Shown: positions 20,644 to 31,444, counted from the first letter of the stretch. The stretch is DNA of 64,000 bases from Cyanophyceae cyanobacterium (GCA_050331735.1 JBHJGN010000019.1:90603-154602), one strand, 5' to 3'. Translations and numbers: made by a program. The notes: generated by a model from the letters alone, not told the origin.

Positions 20644-20679
20644 TCCAATTCAATTAGAGACTGCCTATTCAAAAAAAAC

Positions 20680-20941
20680 ATTTACTACAACAATTGCAGG
20701 AATCATTGAAATAGAGAGAACTAAAAATGAGCGCATCATAAATCAAACGGTTGCGGTCGCCAGTATAGTAATTGGGTCTGCCGCTGTAGCTGCTAACGTT
20801 ATTTCCAATTTCGCTGAATCATCAACTTTCACTAATCCTTGGCTGAGTTTTGCGATCGCTTTCTCAACGAGTATTTTCATTGGAGTTATTTTTACTATTT
20901 TGATTTATTGGTTGAGCAGGGCAATATTTTTCAAGAAATAA
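20680..20941 (+). pseudogene. C-terminal two-TM remnant of a membrane protein
   Basis: Own translation: TIAGIIEIERTKNERIINQTVAVASIVIGSAAVAA...FAIAFSTSIFIGVIFTILIYWL-stop; no start. Confidence 0.55.
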
Positions 20942-21088
20942 GGGAACAGATACTGAGCTTACGGGCAATTTATCTACTGGAATAGTTACTCTGTTAATAA
21001 AACGGCGCATAATTGTTGATGAATATCTGTCGGTCTATCGCTCAACTTACTCTTCAAAATAGAAGAGCAAGTGGCTCTATCACCAACC

Positions 21089-21661
21089 ATGAACCAGTCT
21101 CTGCCACCAAGTTTCTTTGCACAACTCTATCAAGACAACCCCGATCCTTGGGGATTTGAAACCAGCGAGTATGAAGCGCAAAAATATGCAGCAACCTTAG
21201 CCGCTCTTCCGAAGCCTCGCTACGCCAGAGCTTTTGAAATTGGCGGCTCGATTGGAGTGCTGACTCAAAAACTAGCTGAACGCTGTGACTCTTTGCTGTC
21301 CGTTGATGTTTGCAAACAGGCGCAGCAACGAGCCGTCGAGCGCTGCCGAGAGCTAGCGCACGTCCGTTTCCAAATTATGCAGGTTCCCCTCGCCTATCCC
21401 GAGGAAACCTTTGACCTCACGCTACTGTCGGAGGTAGGCTACTACCTAAGCTGGAGCGACCTTCAGAAAACTCAGCAGCTAATGATCGAGCATTTAGAGT
21501 CGGGCGGTCATCTCCTGCTCGTTCACTGGACTCCAAAAGCCGCTAGCTATCCCCTCACTGGCGATGAAGTACACGACTCGTTTGAGTCGTTATCGGCACT
21601 AAGGCATCTAGATGGGCGGCGCGACAAGCAGTATCGGCTTGATTTGTTCGAGCGACTCTAG
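21089..21661 (+). CDS. NodS-family SAM-dependent methyltransferase
   Basis: FAQLYQDNPDPWGF..SEYE..KY, FEIGGSIG, LSEVGYY, LVHW, GDEVH. Confidence 0.88.
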   Translation: MNQSLPPSFFAQLYQDNPDPWGFETSEYEAQKYAATLAALPKPRYARAFEIGGSIGVLTQKLAERCDSLLSVDVCKQAQQRAVERCRELAHVRFQIMQVPLAYPEETFDLTLLSEVGYYLSWSDLQKTQQLMIEHLESGGHLLLVHWTPKAASYPLTGDEVHDSFESLSALRHLDGRRDKQYRLDLFERL

Positions 21662-22852
21662 GGAATCGTCAGCCCTTGCTGCCTTAATCAGACGCAGCTC
21701 GGCGATCGCCTCCTGAATGGGAACTAGCGGCCAGTGTTGCAGGTAGTAGTCTCGCTCCGGCTGCTGCTGGGCAATGTGCTCAACGAGCCAACCAAAAGTG
21801 GGAGACTGGGCGATCGCCTCCCGCAGCCAGTCTGTCGTAAGGCTTAACGCCTGAGCTAGAGGAGGGTGAACACTAGTGGTGTCGCGCCGCTGCCAGAGCA
21901 GGCGTAGCTGGCGACGCACCCAGTAGCGAGTTTCGACTAACGCCGCAGACTCCACCAGCATCGGCTGGTGCGCGTGACCCAAGCGGGCTAGCTGCGTCAA
22001 TCGTCCAGCGAGTCCGTCTTGAATCCGCCCCACGACCCGAGCGCTGGTAATCACCTGTACATCGGGGCTATGGCGAAAACGAGCGTCTGCTCGGGTCAAA
22101 GCCTGATAGAAAGCGACATCTTCGGGAGTGCGGACTGACGGTAAGCCGCCAACCTGAGCGTATGTGGCAGCGGTCACGGCTAAGTTAGCGCCAAAGTGTT
22201 GATGGTGGCGGGGTATCGGATCGTAGGGAACGGGGTCGAGAATGGCCTCTAGCTGCGCTACCAGCGAGCGATAGCCAACGTAGCGCAGAAAGTAAAGTCG
22301 GGTCACGCGGTCGAGAGCCGCTCGTTCTCTGGGGTTGGTGAGAATGCGTCCTCCGACGGCATCAGCACCGCGCTGAATCTCTTGGAGAATGGTAGCAATC
22401 CAGGTGGGCGTTACTTGAGTATCGCCATCGGTAGAGGCAATGATCCCCGGTGAATGCTTCTGGGCACGTCCTAATTGGGCCAAGCGGCGATAGGCTTCGT
22501 CCATGAGCCGCTTCCGCACCCAGCCGATGTAGGCATATTCTGCCTCAAGCATAACCTCCACAACGTGCAGGACTAAAGCAGAGCGACGGGCAAAGCGGCG
22601 CGCAATGGCTGCCGAATTGTCCGAGCAGTTGTTCGCTAAAACAATCACTTCGTAGCGATCGCGCTCCACGGAGTTGCCGTCTAAATCTACCTGTTCGGCC
22701 AGAGCGGTGAGAGTGGCTTCGAGGGTTTTGGCTTCATCCCGCACTGGCACAATCACACAAACCTCGCAATTCAGCGCCGGCGGCTGCTCGACCAGCGGGG
22801 GTTCCTTGCCGTTCAGCCGAGCCGCTGCTTCAGAACGAGCAATCTGTAGCAT
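21608..22852 (-). CDS. Glycosyltransferase family 2
   Basis: VIVPVRDE, ANNCSD, STDGD, HFGANLAV, EDVAF, TSAR. Confidence 0.9.
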   Translation of the reverse strand: MLQIARSEAAARLNGKEPPLVEQPPALNCEVCVIVPVRDEAKTLEATLTALAEQVDLDGNSVERDRYEVIVLANNCSDNSAAIARRFARRSALVLHVVEVMLEAEYAYIGWVRKRLMDEAYRRLAQLGRAQKHSPGIIASTDGDTQVTPTWIATILQEIQRGADAVGGRILTNPRERAALDRVTRLYFLRYVGYRSLVAQLEAILDPVPYDPIPRHHQHFGANLAVTAATYAQVGGLPSVRTPEDVAFYQALTRADARFRHSPDVQVITSARVVGRIQDGLAGRLTQLARLGHAHQPMLVESAALVETRYWVRRQLRLLWQRRDTTSVHPPLAQALSLTTDWLREAIAQSPTFGWLVEHIAQQQPERDYYLQHWPLVPIQEAIAELRLIKAARADDSLESLEQIKPILLVAPPI

Positions 22853-23084
22853 ACTGTGGTGCTGTTAAGGGGTAAGTCCCTAACATTGTGTCGGATGAAC
22901 AGTGTGCTTACCTTCCTCACTCGGAGAGATCTGCTGATATGTAGAAAAGTAGATGCGTTTTTTCTGCCTTTTCGCTAAGAATACTATTTAAAGCCCTATT
23001 TCGCCTACCGCACTGACAAACTGATTGGGATCAAGTAGGGCGAAGAGGGTGAAGTTTGCTAACGGCGAGTGGCTAATCGCTGCT

Positions 23085-23309
23085 TCAAGAGCCTGCGGAA
23101 CTAGAGCTAAGCAATTTCTTTAAGCGGAGATAGGCTTCTTCGGGCGTAAGTAGCTCGGTTTCTTCAGTAATGGGAATGAAGAACTGCCAGGAATCGGGAT
23201 AATGGTGAACCGTGAAGCTAGAAATCAGCCCTTGCTTCATGGCTTCTTTGGCCATTCTTTCTGCTTCTTCTGCTAGAGAAATCTCGTCGTGAAAGGAAGG
23301 CTTCGTCAT
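23085..23309 (-). CDS. Small hypothetical protein
   Basis: 74-aa ORF with ATG and AAGGA RBS. Confidence 0.6.
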   Translation of the reverse strand: MTKPSFHDEISLAEEAERMAKEAMKQGLISSFTVHHYPDSWQFFIPITEETELLTPEEAYLRLKKLLSSSSAGS

Positions 23310-23357
23310 CGAGTTGGTCCTTGATTAATCAGTGAACGTCAGCAGAGGCATGAGTAT

Positions 23358-24299
23358 TTACTGAGTGTTGCTAGCAGACAGTAGCGTTTGGAAACTCTGC
23401 CAATCTGGTAAGGATGATTGAGCTCCGCTTTTTGTTACCGCTAGCGCCCCCGCTACTGTTCCCCACTTTACCGCTTCGCGCACCGACTGACCAGAGACTA
23501 AGGCGGCAGCCAAACCACCATTAAAGGCATCCCCCGCCGCAACAGTATCCACCACCTCCACCGCTAAAGCCGGGACGACAAACGCTTCGTGGGGCAGGGA
23601 ACAATAGGCTCCTTGGCTGCCTAGGGTAATCATGACGTGGGTTACTCCCCGCTGATGTAAAACCTGGGCCGCTTGAGCCGCCGTAGCGGGTCCGTCAACG
23701 GGAAAACCCACCAGTTGAGTCGCTTCAACTTCATTGGGGGTAATCAAATCGACGGACTCATAGAGTTCGTTGGGCAGCTCCCTGCAAGCCGGGGCTGGAT
23801 CGAGGATGACGTAGCTTCCGTAACGATGAGCCACCTGTGCCGCCTCCACGACAGCCGTAAGCGGAACGCCCAGCTCCAGCAGCGCCACGCTTTGTTGCCC
23901 CGCCGGAACTTGCCTCAGCAGCTTCTCAAACTGGGCTATGTCCTCCTCATTCACGCAGTTGTTCGCTCCAGCAGCACAGGCGATCGCATTATCTCCCGAG
24001 GCCTCAACCACAATGGTCGCTACTCCTGTATGGATGCTTCTGTTGACGCGCACGGCCTCGGTTCCTACTTGAGCTGCCCGTAACTGCTCGAGCAGCCAGC
24101 CACCAAACTGATCGTTCCCCACCTGAGCGACCAGCTCAACAGGAGTTCCAAGCTGAGCCACCGCAACGGCTTGATTGGCCCCTTTCCCGCCAGCCGCCTT
24201 GAAAAATCGGTTTCCAATAGCCGTTTCCCCTCTTCCGGGCAGGCGCGGCACCTGAACCACCAAATCGATATTGATACTGCCAAGAACAACAACCGACAC
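23358..24299 (-). CDS. rbsK: Ribokinase
   Basis: GSINID, GGKGANQAVA, TPNEVE, DTVAAGDAFNG. Confidence 0.93.
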   Translation of the reverse strand: MSVVVLGSINIDLVVQVPRLPGRGETAIGNRFFKAAGGKGANQAVAVAQLGTPVELVAQVGNDQFGGWLLEQLRAAQVGTEAVRVNRSIHTGVATIVVEASGDNAIACAAGANNCVNEEDIAQFEKLLRQVPAGQQSVALLELGVPLTAVVEAAQVAHRYGSYVILDPAPACRELPNELYESVDLITPNEVEATQLVGFPVDGPATAAQAAQVLHQRGVTHVMITLGSQGAYCSLPHEAFVVPALAVEVVDTVAAGDAFNGGLAAALVSGQSVREAVKWGTVAGALAVTKSGAQSSLPDWQSFQTLLSASNTQ

Positions 24300-24431
24300 T
24301 TGCTTCAGTAACGCCTGCGGCCTGCTAAGAGCACAAACTGAAAATCCCTTTCTGCCCGTAGAAATTGTAACGAATCTTGAGTAGAGTCAGCATAAATGGA
24401 GATGGAATCTGGAGCGGGCCGTCATGAGGTT

Positions 24432-24549
24432 ATACCAAATCCGGTTTAGATAACCCACTTAAACATTAGGCGAGGCAGGAGGCAGGAGGAAGATGGCAGG
24501 AGGGTTTGACAAGGAAGAAGGAAAGAGGTGTGAGATTCCCATTTGGTGT
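24432..24549. mobile_element. Possible MITE-like element with ATACCAAAT ends and internal aggcagg heptamers
   Basis: ataccaaat (24432) ... atttggtgt (24549); internal gaggcag/gaggcag/gaggaag. Confidence 0.4.
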
Positions 24550-24813
24550 TAGTTCGCGTTTCCTCTTGCTCCCAAACTTCTGACCTGAACTGATGACATC
24601 ACTAATTTGGCGGACTTCTTTAGAGCAGCAACCCATGAGATATGTTAATGCTCTGCTACCTCAGACAGAGATAAGTCTTCAAGTCTCTTTCTACAATTTT
24701 GGCACAGGGACTAGCCAAGCTATATTGCTGTTGACAGCAGTAGTAGAATGAGCTTCTAAAACCTTGGTTGCGTTTTTAACTAGTTTTCCTCAGCGCCAAA
24801 TAGTTAGTAGTTC

Positions 24814-26103
24814 ATGAACATTGCTCAATTTGAACGGCACTTTGAAGCCGTCCATCAAGGCTTACAGCTCCTTCACCAGCAGGTAGACGTTCCCTCAAAA
24901 GCATTGCCAGAAGGTCTCTCCGCCCTCTTGGCCACAATTGAGGAACTGCATGTCGCCGTAGAAGAAATTGAGGCGCAAAATCAGGAACTGACGGCGACTC
25001 ATCACGCTTTGATAGAAGAGCACCAGCGCTACCAAGAGTTGTTTGAAGAAGCCCCAGATGGATACTTAGAAACGAATAACCAAGGAACAATCCAGAGAGC
25101 CAATCGGGCGATCGCTACTTTGCTCAATGTTCCCCAGCAGGATTTAATTAGTAAACGGCTGACCGTTTTTGTCTCTTCCGCTGAGCGCCGTGCCTTTAAC
25201 CTCCAGTTATCTGCTTTAAGACAACAGCAGATTTTTGGCTGGGAAGTTAATCTGCAGCCACGAGAAGCTGACCCCATTCCGGTTGAGCTTTCCGTTTCTA
25301 CCAAATACGGTCGGCAACAGATCCAGGGATGGCGATGGATCGTACGGGATCTAACCCAGCGTCGGCAAGCCGAAGCAACTCGGAGGCAGCTAGAAGCCCA
25401 AACCCAGCTTAGTGAGTTTAAAACCAGCTTACTCAATAGTATTTCCCATGAATTTCGGACTCCTCTGAACATCATTTCCATGTCGGTAAGTACCGTCGAG
25501 CGTTTTTTCCCGCTCTTGAAAGAGCAACAGAGGCAAGTGCTTTTTCGCCGGATGCGCATTGCAATAAAGTATATTACTCAGCTCCTCGAAGAAGTAGAAT
25601 TTTTGCATGAAGCCGAGCGTCTGAGCTACTCCTCTGCTACGATTGTTGAACTCGAGCCATTCTGCCACAATTTGATAGCCGACCTTCAAGAACTCTTTGG
25701 CACTAGTCATCGAATTAACCTCGAAGTTTGTAACGGTCGTGCTGTCTGTTTAAACACCAAACTACTTCAGCAGATTTTAAAGAACTTACTGTCCAACTCG
25801 CTGCGTTATTCCCCAGAAGGCAGTTTAATCGTCGTTACCGTCATTTGTGAAGCCGACAGCGTTAAATTTCAGGTTCAGGATCGCGGTATTGGGATTCCCG
25901 AAGAGGACCAAAGCCATATTTTTCAGCCATTCTATCGAGGCCAGAATGCCAACAAGGCACACACGATTTCTGGCACTGGTTTAGGCTTAGCAACTGTCAG
26001 CAAGGCCGTGGAATATAGCGGGGGAGCGATCACGTTTACGAGTGAAGAAGGCTTCGGCTCCACTTTTACCGTTACTCTTCCTCTAAAAATCTCTCTGCCG
26101 TGA
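24814..26103 (+). CDS. PAS-domain sensor histidine kinase
   Basis: PAS (FEEAPDGY), H-box SHEFRTPL, N-box NLLSNSLRYS, DRGIGI, GTGLGL. Confidence 0.93.
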   Translation: MNIAQFERHFEAVHQGLQLLHQQVDVPSKALPEGLSALLATIEELHVAVEEIEAQNQELTATHHALIEEHQRYQELFEEAPDGYLETNNQGTIQRANRAIATLLNVPQQDLISKRLTVFVSSAERRAFNLQLSALRQQQIFGWEVNLQPREADPIPVELSVSTKYGRQQIQGWRWIVRDLTQRRQAEATRRQLEAQTQLSEFKTSLLNSISHEFRTPLNIISMSVSTVERFFPLLKEQQRQVLFRRMRIAIKYITQLLEEVEFLHEAERLSYSSATIVELEPFCHNLIADLQELFGTSHRINLEVCNGRAVCLNTKLLQQILKNLLSNSLRYSPEGSLIVVTVICEADSVKFQVQDRGIGIPEEDQSHIFQPFYRGQNANKAHTISGTGLGLATVSKAVEYSGGAITFTSEEGFGSTFTVTLPLKISLP

Positions 26104-26104
26104 G

Positions 26105-26127
26105 GGAAGATGGCAGAGCCATCTTCC
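26105..26127. terminator. Hairpin between convergent kinase and rpsF
   Basis: ggaagatggc-aga-gccatcttcc. Confidence 0.6.
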
Positions 26128-26133
26128 TTGCTG

Positions 26134-26472
26134 TTAGGATTCTGCTGACACTGGTTCGGCTTCCGGTTCGGCGGTCGTCTCGGGGTCTTTGAGCTTGATC
26201 GTTAAATAGCGAAGAACTTCATCGCTTAGGCGCATGGCTCGCTCTAGAGGAGCAATCTGGCTGCCATCCCCGACGTAGTTAACCTGAATATAAATTCCAT
26301 CCTGATGCTTCTGAATTTCGTAGGCTAGTCGCCGTCGTCGCAGATTTTGGATTTGAATTTCTTGCGCTCCACGCTCGCTTAAGAGCTCTCGATAGCGCTC
26401 GATCTCTTGCTCAACCTGCTCCTCCGTTAAATCGGGGCGCAGAACATACATCATCTCGTAACGTCTACTCAT
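26134..26472 (-). CDS. rpsF: 30S ribosomal protein S6
   Basis: [41 protein letters not shown]. Confidence 0.97.
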   Translation of the reverse strand: MSRRYEMMYVLRPDLTEEQVEQEIERYRELLSERGAQEIQIQNLRRRRLAYEIQKHQDGIYIQVNYVGDGSQIAPLERAMRLSDEVLRYLTIKLKDPETTAEPEAEPVSAES

Positions 26473-26711
26473 TGTCTTCTCCTTATGGACAGATTGGCTT
26501 TCCCTTGGCTAGACAAAAAAATCAGGATTTGGTATTTACCAAGTAGGAAAGCAAGGACTTAAAATTGTACACCTAAAAACAGCGATCGGTGACCAGTGAC
26601 CAGTCAAGGTAGCTCAGCAACCGGACACTGACACTCGGTTACTCATCACAGACTAAGTACTGTTTAGAAACACTGATAACTAGTAACTGGTAACTGATTC
26701 CCGATACAATT

Positions 26712-27515
26712 ATGGCGCAGCGCTACGTCCGAGTAAAAACGCTCCAAGGCCCTATTTATTACGGGCTTTTGCAGCTTAATCGCAGTATTGCCGTTTTCGA
26801 TGCCCCGCCTTGGCTGGGCGGGCAACTCACCGAAATCACTCTCGATCCGGACGGCTACGAGCTGCTGTCTCCGTGTGCTCCTTCTAAAATTGTGGCCGTG
26901 GGCAAAAATTATCGCCAACACGCTGCCGAAATGGGAACTCCTGTTCCCACTGAGCCACTGCTGTTTCTCAAGCCTCCAACCACCGTGACGGCCAGTGGAC
27001 AACCCATTTACTATCCCAAGCAGTCTCAACGAGTAGACTACGAAGGGGAGCTGGCGCTGGTGATTGGCGAACGCACTCGCCAATGTACTCTGGAGCAGGC
27101 ACACAACAAGATTTGGGGCTATACCATCGCCAATGACGTCACGGCACGGGATCTGCAAAAGCGAGACAATCAGTGGATCAGAGCCAAGGGCTTTGACAGC
27201 TTTTGTCCGCTTGGTCCGTGGATCGTCCGGGAAATGAGTACTGGGGCTAGGCTACAAACTTTTTTGAACGATGCCGAACGGCCAAATCAATCGGCCTTAA
27301 TTAGCGAGATGGTCTTCTCACCTGCCTTTCTAGTATCCTACGTTTCCGAGATCATGACCCTGATACCGGGCGATGTCATCTTGACAGGAACGCCTCAAGG
27401 AGTGGGACCGCTGCAGGCAGGCGATCACGTACGCATCGCCATTGAAGGCATCGGCGAGCTTGAAAACTATGTCGTGGCTCAAGTCGAACCAGAATTAAGA
27501 GCGATCTCGCCGTGA
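26712..27515 (+). CDS. Fumarylacetoacetate hydrolase family protein
   Basis: KIVAVGKNY, FLKPP, DYEGEL, NDVTARD, KGFDSF, TGTP. Confidence 0.93.
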   Translation: MAQRYVRVKTLQGPIYYGLLQLNRSIAVFDAPPWLGGQLTEITLDPDGYELLSPCAPSKIVAVGKNYRQHAAEMGTPVPTEPLLFLKPPTTVTASGQPIYYPKQSQRVDYEGELALVIGERTRQCTLEQAHNKIWGYTIANDVTARDLQKRDNQWIRAKGFDSFCPLGPWIVREMSTGARLQTFLNDAERPNQSALISEMVFSPAFLVSYVSEIMTLIPGDVILTGTPQGVGPLQAGDHVRIAIEGIGELENYVVAQVEPELRAISP

Positions 27516-27521
27516 GATCGA

Positions 27522-27995
27522 TTAACGAACTTGAGAATAAACCGCCTCAGAAATCGTCGGGATTTCTGCAAAGCGACCGAGGGCTGATTGGATAATGGAA
27601 TAGAAGCACGTCACTAACGTTCCCAAAAAGACAACGTTGTAGAGAGTTTCTGTGAGCAGATTAACGCCAAGCCCCCGCCCTAAAATCTGCAGCAGAAAAT
27701 CGCACAGCACCAGCAAAATGTCAATCAGAATGGCCTGCATGGTGTTGAAGCGAATAAAGTAGCTGATTCTTTCGTTTCTGACGACTGCCAGAAACAGCAC
27801 AAAGAAGATAATAATGCCCGCAAAGGGAAATTGGTAAATAGTAATCAAAGGTGCCAGGGGCACATAAATGATGCCCAAAGCCGGGAACTGCCTCAGCAAA
27901 AATTGGCCGAAAGGCAATACGTAAATCAGCGGTAGCGCATAGACTAGTGCACCGAAGATCCGGTCTTTAACATCCGTAGACCCACGCCAAGTCAT
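27522..27995 (-). CDS. Tic20/Ycf60 family membrane protein
   Basis: MTWRGS, VVRNERISYFIRFNTMQAIL, IPTISEAVYSQV. Confidence 0.9.
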   Translation of the reverse strand: MTWRGSTDVKDRIFGALVYALPLIYVLPFGQFLLRQFPALGIIYVPLAPLITIYQFPFAGIIIFFVLFLAVVRNERISYFIRFNTMQAILIDILLVLCDFLLQILGRGLGVNLLTETLYNVVFLGTLVTCFYSIIQSALGRFAEIPTISEAVYSQVR

Positions 27996-28101
27996 AGTTT
28001 TTCTCCTGCTGTCCTCAAGCCTGTTAAAACCACAATAACGCATTCAGCTCTTGAAGCCTGCCTTCTTCAAGACCGTATTTGCCGTACCTTGAGCTAAGAT
28101 T

Positions 28102-28302
28102 TTAGGATGGCTTAACGTCGGCGATCAAAAAGCCCATCTGACATTCGTATAGGGGCGGTTGTTCTTCAGATTTGCAGAGCTCCTGACCACAGCCTAGCTT
28201 TCCCTGATGCCAGCGCGGATATCCGCGGCGATCGGCGAGTAAGCAGCCTTGACAAATTTGCTGAGGAGAAAGAATTTGTTCTTCTGTCAGAATAACCAGC
28301 AT
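28102..28302 (-). CDS. Small Cys-containing hypothetical protein
   Basis: MLVILTEEQIL..ICQGCLLADRRGYPRW..GC..YECQMGF. Confidence 0.75.
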   Translation of the reverse strand: MLVILTEEQILSPQQICQGCLLADRRGYPRWHQGKLGCGQELCKSEEQPPLYECQMGFLIADVKPS

Positions 28303-28485
28303 GGCATCTTTTTAGGCGGTATCGCGAATGGCTTTTAAATCATTGTAATTAGAGTCGCTGACGCAGACAGATAATTGCTACATAGCTTAACCAAGGAAAA
28401 ATTTAGCTCCAGCCAAAAATATAGGAGAACTCTTGTTAATTAGAATAGATTTGAGAATCTCATGATTAATCATCGAATAATTTAG

Positions 28486-29772
28486 GTGACAAACGTGACC
28501 GAAACTGATTTAATGCTTGCTCAAAGCGATCCAGAAGTTGCAGAAATTCTTCAGCTCGAACTCCAGCGTCAGCGGGATCATCTGGAGCTGATCGCGAGTG
28601 AAAACTTTACTTCGCCTGCGGTGCTGGCAGCACAAGGTTCAACGCTAACCAACAAATACGCCGAAGGATTGCCAGGAAAGCGCTACTATGGCGGCTGTGA
28701 ATTTATCGACCGCGTAGAGAAATTGGCGATCGCTCGCGCTCAAAAGCTGTTTGGAGCGGATTTCGCCAACGTTCAGCCCCATTCTGGTGCTCAGGCTAAC
28801 TTTGCCGTCTTCCTGGCTTTGCTGGAGCCAGGAGACAAAATTATGGGCATGGATTTATCCCACGGCGGACACCTCACTCACGGTTCTCCTGTCAACGTTT
28901 CCGGTAAGTGGTTTAAAACGTGTCACTACGGCGTCAACACCGATGGCTGGCTCGACTACGACCAGATTCGGGAACTGGCGCTTAAAGAGCGACCGAAGCT
29001 GATTATCTGTGGCTATTCGGCGTATCCTCGCGTGATTCACTTCGACAAGTTTCGCGCCATTGCCGACGAGGTGGGGGCTTATTTATTGGCGGACATCGCC
29101 CACATTGCAGGACTGGTGGCCACAGGTCATCATCCAAATCCAGTGCCCGACTGCGATGTGGTCACGACAACTACCCACAAAACCCTGCGCGGTCCCCGAG
29201 GGGGCTTAATTCTCAGTCGAGATACCGAATTGGGTAAAAAGCTCAACAAGAGCGTATTTCCCGGTACTCAGGGGGGACCGCTAGAGCACGTGATTGCGGC
29301 AAAAGCCGTTGCCTTTGGCGAAGCCCTCCAGCCAGAGTTTAAAACCTATTCTGGCAACGTCATTGCCAATGCCCAAGCGTTAGCCAAGGGATTAAGGTCG
29401 CGCGACTTTACCCTCGTTTCCGACGGCACCGACAATCATCTGCTGCTGGTGGATTTACGCTGCATCAGCATGACCGGCAAGCAAGCCGACAAGCTGGTTA
29501 GCGAAGTTAACATTACGGCTAACAAAAATACAGTGCCGTTCGATCCCGAATCTCCCTTTGTCACTAGCGGACTGAGACTCGGTTCGCCAGCGCTGACCAC
29601 CAGAGGAATGGGCCCCGCAGAATTTACCGAAATTGCCAATATCCTCGCTGAGCGCCTGCTGCATCCCGACGATGAAACGGTTAAGCGAGACTGCCTGCAC
29701 CGAGTTCAGTCTTTATGCGATCGCTTTCCCCTCTATCCGCACCTCGGCACTCCTGTGCCAGTGCTGGCATAA
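28486..29772 (+). CDS. glyA: Serine hydroxymethyltransferase
   Basis: [34 protein letters not shown]. Confidence 0.98.
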   Translation: MTNVTETDLMLAQSDPEVAEILQLELQRQRDHLELIASENFTSPAVLAAQGSTLTNKYAEGLPGKRYYGGCEFIDRVEKLAIARAQKLFGADFANVQPHSGAQANFAVFLALLEPGDKIMGMDLSHGGHLTHGSPVNVSGKWFKTCHYGVNTDGWLDYDQIRELALKERPKLIICGYSAYPRVIHFDKFRAIADEVGAYLLADIAHIAGLVATGHHPNPVPDCDVVTTTTHKTLRGPRGGLILSRDTELGKKLNKSVFPGTQGGPLEHVIAAKAVAFGEALQPEFKTYSGNVIANAQALAKGLRSRDFTLVSDGTDNHLLLVDLRCISMTGKQADKLVSEVNITANKNTVPFDPESPFVTSGLRLGSPALTTRGMGPAEFTEIANILAERLLHPDDETVKRDCLHRVQSLCDRFPLYPHLGTPVPVLA

Positions 29773-29786
29773 CGAAAGCAAGAAAA

Positions 29787-29912
29787 GCGCCCTAGGCGCG
29801 AGGGAAGGGGGCAAGTTGCTCCGCAACGGGAAAAGGGCAAGGGGGAAGGGGGAAAGGGGGAATAAATTAGCTTGTTCCTTCATTAAGTGTTCTTTCCCCG
29901 TCCCGGAGGGAC
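29787..29912. repeat. G-rich repeat with micro-hairpins; holds one arm of a 61-bp inverted pair
   Basis: gcgcc-cta-ggcgc, gttgc-tcc-gcaac, gtccc-gga-gggac; 29828-29888 matches the reverse complement of 31321-31381. Confidence 0.85.
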
Positions 29913-30191
29913 ATTTCTCTCTGCTTCAGCTCGAAAAATTTTGAGTTCAACTGCCTCATTTTTCGCAACATGGGTTACTCTCTTAATCAGTTACCAGTGA
30001 TTAGTGACTAGTCACCAATTATCGATGCTGAGTGTGAGAGGATAATGCTTAGTCAGTTACCGCTTCCCTGGGTCCAGGGTTACTATCTAATTGGCTCACT
30101 GATCAAGCAGCGCACCAACGATGGACCGCTCTATCACCGATTGTCAGGATCACTGCTCACTGTAAAACGCCGTTATTGACTTTCCTTTCAG

Positions 30192-31238
30192 ATGCCTGTT
30201 GAGCTGTACCATCTGATTGCTTTCTTGGTTTCCGTAACCGTTGTGTTGTGGAGTATTCCAGATGTCAAAAATATTGGTCTGAAATTTGGCATTGTCGATC
30301 AACCAAACATTCGGAAAATCCACAAACAGCCAGTGGTAAGAGTAGGCGGAGTTTCCATCTTTGCCGGAACGCTTGCTGCTTTGCTGATCGTCTGGAGATT
30401 GGGGGGCTTCTCTGTGGTAGCTCCTCATGAAGTCGCAGAAGTTTGGGGAGTTATTTTGGGCGGCATCGCTTTTTTTGCCATTGGTTTCACCGACGACATT
30501 TTTGATTTGAGCGCTCTGTTGCGGCTCGTCATGCAGTTTGCGGTGGCGATCTCCTGCTGGTTTGTTGGAGTCCGCATCGAATTTCTCTCGGTTCCCTTCG
30601 ACGGTCTGATTCAGGTGGGATGGCTGAGTTTACCAATCACGGTGGTTTGGCTGGTGGGCATGGCCAATGCCGTTAACATGATTGATGGCGTAGACGGGTT
30701 AGCGGCTGGAGTCTGTGGCATTGCGGCTGTCGTCATGCTCATTGTCAGCTTATTTATGCATCAGCCTGCTGCTTCTCTAATTGCGGCAGCCCTCGCCGGA
30801 GGGGCACTGGGATTTTTACGCTATAACTTCAATCCGGCGCAAATTTTTATGGGAGATGGGGGAGCCTATTTTATGGGCTTTACGCTGGCTGGAGTTGGCA
30901 TTATTGGCCTAGTTAAAGCTGCCGCCGTCACGGCGGTGTTTCTCCCCTATTTAATCTTGGCAGTGCCCATTTTAGATATCTCCACCGTTGTGATCTCTCG
31001 CCTCCGCAAGGGGCAATCTCCGTTTGCAGCCGATAAAAGCCATCTTCATCATTGGTTGCTCGAGGCAGGCATTTCACAGCGGTTGACGGTGCTGTTTCTC
31101 TACGCCCTTACCCTGTGGGTCGGCAGTTTAGCGCTTGGTTTTTCCAACATTCCTAGCGGCTGGGGATACGCAGTCGGGGCAACAATGCTGCTTGCTTATG
31201 TTGGGTGGCAGGTTTGGCGCAGTACGCGGAGGAAGTAA
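30192..31238 (+). CDS. MraY/WecA family (GT4) undecaprenyl-phosphate GlcNAc-1-P transferase
   Basis: RKIH..P..VGG, GFTDD, NAVNMIDGVDG, IFMGDGG, DKSHLHH. Confidence 0.92.
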   Translation: MPVELYHLIAFLVSVTVVLWSIPDVKNIGLKFGIVDQPNIRKIHKQPVVRVGGVSIFAGTLAALLIVWRLGGFSVVAPHEVAEVWGVILGGIAFFAIGFTDDIFDLSALLRLVMQFAVAISCWFVGVRIEFLSVPFDGLIQVGWLSLPITVVWLVGMANAVNMIDGVDGLAAGVCGIAAVVMLIVSLFMHQPAASLIAAALAGGALGFLRYNFNPAQIFMGDGGAYFMGFTLAGVGIIGLVKAAAVTAVFLPYLILAVPILDISTVVISRLRKGQSPFAADKSHLHHWLLEAGISQRLTVLFLYALTLWVGSLALGFSNIPSGWGYAVGATMLLAYVGWQVWRSTRRK

Positions 31239-31241
31239 GAT

Positions 31242-31400
31242 GTCCCTATGGGACGGGGAAATCGCTTCGCGATGGGGAAAGGGGAAGGGGAACACTGTTC
31301 CTCCAGAACGGGGAAAGACTACTTAATTAAAGAACAAGCTGATTTATTCCCCCTTTCCCCCTTCCCCTTTGCCCTTTTCCCGCGCTGTGGCGCTTCCCCC
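31242..31400. repeat. G-rich/C-rich repeat with micro-hairpins; second arm of the 61-bp inverted pair
   Basis: gtccc-tat-gggac, atcgc-ttc-gcgat, gttcc-tcc-agaac, each followed by ggggaaa. Confidence 0.85.
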
Positions 31401-31444
31401 ATCTACCAACCTGTATAGCAGCTAAACAAGGAAGATTATTAATC

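Noticed and set aside
26590..26700. Heptamer runs (gaccagt, aactggt; also 10505-10570, 29990-30020, ctaatag at 42427-42448)
   Set aside because: Ordinary cyanobacterial short tandem repeats with no further structure seen.
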